Source: an uncultured Hyphomicrobiaceae bacterium
GTDB lineage: Bacteria > Pseudomonadota > Alphaproteobacteria > Rhizobiales > CAYWUX01
Direction of reading: 5' to 3'
NCBI GenBank assembly: GCA_964461525.1
Contig: CAYWUX010000001.1
Location: 271,465 to 335,464, forward strand
Length of the DNA stretch: 64,000 nucleotides
Part shown: in pieces, positions 62,090 to 64,000 of the stretch
Layout: every line of letters begins with the position of its first letter
How positions within the stretch are numbered: position 1 is the first letter of the stretch
Notes under the pieces: model-generated
Told to the model about the DNA's origin: nothing
The model's database searches: none
The model's input: the letters and a program-made list of their open reading frames with translations, nothing else
Program-made: the position numbers and the translations under genes

Positions 62090-62851
62090 TCATTCATTCA
62101 TTCTATTTCTCATATAATAAAGATATATAATTAACAATGTTCCTGCGAGAGCGAACCAGGTGATGGCATATTCCAAATGCCGATTTGGTAATCTTATTCT
62201 CGTTACTCCGCCTCGGGGCCAACCACCCCGGTTTCCCATATCATCACTTTCAACGAAAAAGGGAGCGATCTGAACCGGCTGTTCTCCAAATGAGTATTTT
62301 GCCATTTGAATCAGTGACTTCCAATACCACTCGTTTTTTTCTGGATCATTATCTGGCACAAACAAGCCCTTTGTGTCCGTAAAATGGCGGACCAGCCCTG
62401 AAATTTCCAGGGGGTGTCTGAATTGTGCACTATCCCGGGTCTCCGCATTCTTGTGGGTCAGCGGAACAAAACCCCGATCCACAAAGATGCGCTTACCATT
62501 ATCCATTTTAAGAGGGGTCACAATTCGCCATCCTGGCAGTGACTTGTCAACGGTGTAAAAATGGATCTCCTTATCGTGTTCAAAAATACCTCTAACGCTT
62601 ATTCTGTAGTATTCAACGTCTTTTTTGTTTTCCCATAAACGATAAATTTCCGGGAATGTTTTTTGCTCAGACAATGTCCTCAGTTCAATTTTTGCTATCA
62701 GATCCTGCTTCCAGGATAATCTTTGCAACTGCCATATTCCCAAACCAGTCAAGCAGACCAAACCTGCAAGGGTGAACAAAGTTAACAGAACCTTGTTTGA
62801 TGCGAAAAATTTTCCAGTGTACTGTTTCGATCCTGACTTTTCGGACATCAT
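62090..62851 (-). CDS. SURF1-family cytochrome oxidase assembly protein
   Basis: 253 aa. Two terminal TM helices. Contains GIWQLQRLSWK and HLEYAITWFALA. Confidence 0.88.
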   Translation of the reverse strand: MMSEKSGSKQYTGKFFASNKVLLTLFTLAGLVCLTGLGIWQLQRLSWKQDLIAKIELRTLSEQKTFPEIYRLWENKKDVEYYRISVRGIFEHDKEIHFYTVDKSLPGWRIVTPLKMDNGKRIFVDRGFVPLTHKNAETRDSAQFRHPLEISGLVRHFTDTKGLFVPDNDPEKNEWYWKSLIQMAKYSFGEQPVQIAPFFVESDDMGNRGGWPRGGVTRIRLPNRHLEYAITWFALAGTLLIIYLYYMRNRMNE

Positions 62852-63297
62852 TCGTTGTGCGAAGCGTTATCGTCAATCCGACCTTGTCGAGCATCATTTT
62901 GATATTGAAGCGCAACCAAAGTCGCCTTGAACGGCCGGAGCAGAACAAGACACAAAACCGTTGTGATTGGCAACCATAATATTCCATGAACCCAATAGGG
63001 TGGCTGATACATTATTTCCACGGCCAAAACGCCTCCCACAACCAGAAACCCAACAATCATTATAATGAAAATAGCGGGGCCATCACCAGAATCCGCAAAA
63101 CTAAAATCGAGACCACATGAACTGCAGCTTTTGGATGTCGATAAAAATCCTTCAAACAATTTGCCCTGACAACATCTGGGGCATCTCCCCAGCATACCGG
63201 CCTTCAGAGCAAATACCGGCGGAAACTCCTTTTCAGATACCATCAAATCGCGGTTCCCCAATGATACAGGCATTCGATTAGATAGACTTGGGTTCAA
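62848..63297 (-). CDS. DUF983 membrane protein
   Basis: 149 aa. Zinc-ribbon-like CPRCCQGKLF...CSSCGLDF followed by two TM helices. It has a 4-nt overlap with SURF1. Confidence 0.8.
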   Translation of the reverse strand: MNPSLSNRMPVSLGNRDLMVSEKEFPPVFALKAGMLGRCPRCCQGKLFEGFLSTSKSCSSCGLDFSFADSGDGPAIFIIMIVGFLVVGGVLAVEIMYQPPYWVHGILWLPITTVLCLVLLRPFKATLVALQYQNDARQGRIDDNASHNE

Positions 63298-63530
63298 TTG
63301 CAGTCTCGCAGACCAATTTGACCATTGGATAATTCAAATTCTTTAGTCACATCAAGAACCCAGAGTTTATTGGTCCAATAATTCCGACAACTCGGTTATG
63401 TAATTCAACCGGCCTCAACAGTTGCATGCTGTGCCCGAGCTATCGAAACGATCAATAAAATATCTGGACCAGAATTCAGGAAAACAATTACCGTTCGTGG
63501 ACAAATCCTCAGCAAAGTTTTCCATCTCCA

Positions 63531-64000
63531 TCAATGATGAATCACTCCCGCACCCCAGACATAAATGCAGGCGAACAAAAACAGCCATACAACATCGACA
63601 AAATGCCAGTACCAGGCTGCAGCTTCAAAGCCAAAATGCTGCTTGGGCGTGAAATGGCCAGCCATAGCCCGAAAAAGCATTACAGTCAGACAAACTGTTC
63701 CGACAATGACATGAAATCCATGAAAACCAGTAGCCATGAAAAAAGTCGCCCCATAGATATTACCGGAAAATTTAAATGCGGCGTGAGCATATTCATAGGC
63801 CTGCGTTACCGTGAATAGAACACCCAGGATGATTGTTATAAACAATCCCCAGATCAGCCCTTTGCGATCATTTTTCAGCAAAGCATGATGGGCCCAGGTT
63901 ACAGTCGTTCCCGAAGTTAACAGAATTAGAGTGTTAACCAGCGGCAATTCCCATGGATTGAACGTCACGATGCCCTGGGGCGGCCATTGTCCGCCTGTTA
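63531..64000 (-). CDS. ctaE: cytochrome c oxidase subunit III; 5' end beyond the window
   Basis: The frame stays open to the window edge, so the tracked M at 63968 is internal. Contains [21 protein letters not shown]. Confidence 0.92.
   Translation of the reverse strand, partial: TGGQWPPQGIVTFNPWELPLVNTLILLTSGTTVTWAHHALLKNDRKGLIWGLFITIILGVLFTVTQAYEYAHAAFKFSGNIYGATFFMATGFHGFHVIVGTVCLTVMLFRAMAGHFTPKQHFGFEAAAWYWHFVDVVWLFLFACIYVWGAGVIHH

Overview
This window reads as a densely coded, mostly housekeeping chromosomal segment from an alphaproteobacterium. The lineage call rests on five markers:
- a CcrM-type DNA methyltransferase
- a split F0 operon (atpI-atpB-atpE-atpF'-atpF) with b and b' subunits
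- the ctaE-DUF983-SURF1-thrC-M16 peptidase-GNAT block
- a TIGR02301-like protein
- a GTTC-N7-GTTC SOS box

I can support about 60 CDS:
- Lipid and amino-acid catabolism: SDR, acyl-CoA dehydrogenase and ETF-QO.
- Translation and tRNA: tsaC, glyQS and ygfZ.
- Isoprenoid synthesis: ispB, ispE and ispH.
- DNA maintenance: UDG, rnhB, ccrM, mutY, a DUF721/DciA-like protein, smc and rnhA.
- Other core functions: ppdK, gcvTH, thrB, thrC, redox and Dsb proteins, and one large 7TM-PAS-GGDEF-EAL sensor.

I saw no rRNA, tRNA, CRISPR array, transposase, integrase or recognisable defence island, and I cannot point to a clear-cut novel system.

The best candidates for follow-up are:
1. An exact alphaproteobacterial LexA box overlapping a promoter in the divergent spacer between a PA0069-family radical SAM gene and a two-transferase cassette of unknown pathway (DUF2064/TIGR04282-like plus GT2/TIGR04283-like).
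2. A MeaB-like G3E GTPase placed 25 nt behind ppdK, with no mutase partner in the window.
3. An HD hydrolase plus CX5R phosphatase pair.
4. Several lineage-restricted unknown ORFs separated by long AT-rich spacers that carry phased repeats and a palindrome.
5. A sensor protein whose GGDEF motif is degenerate (GGDQF).

All family assignments come from motifs I read in the supplied translations. No database search was run.
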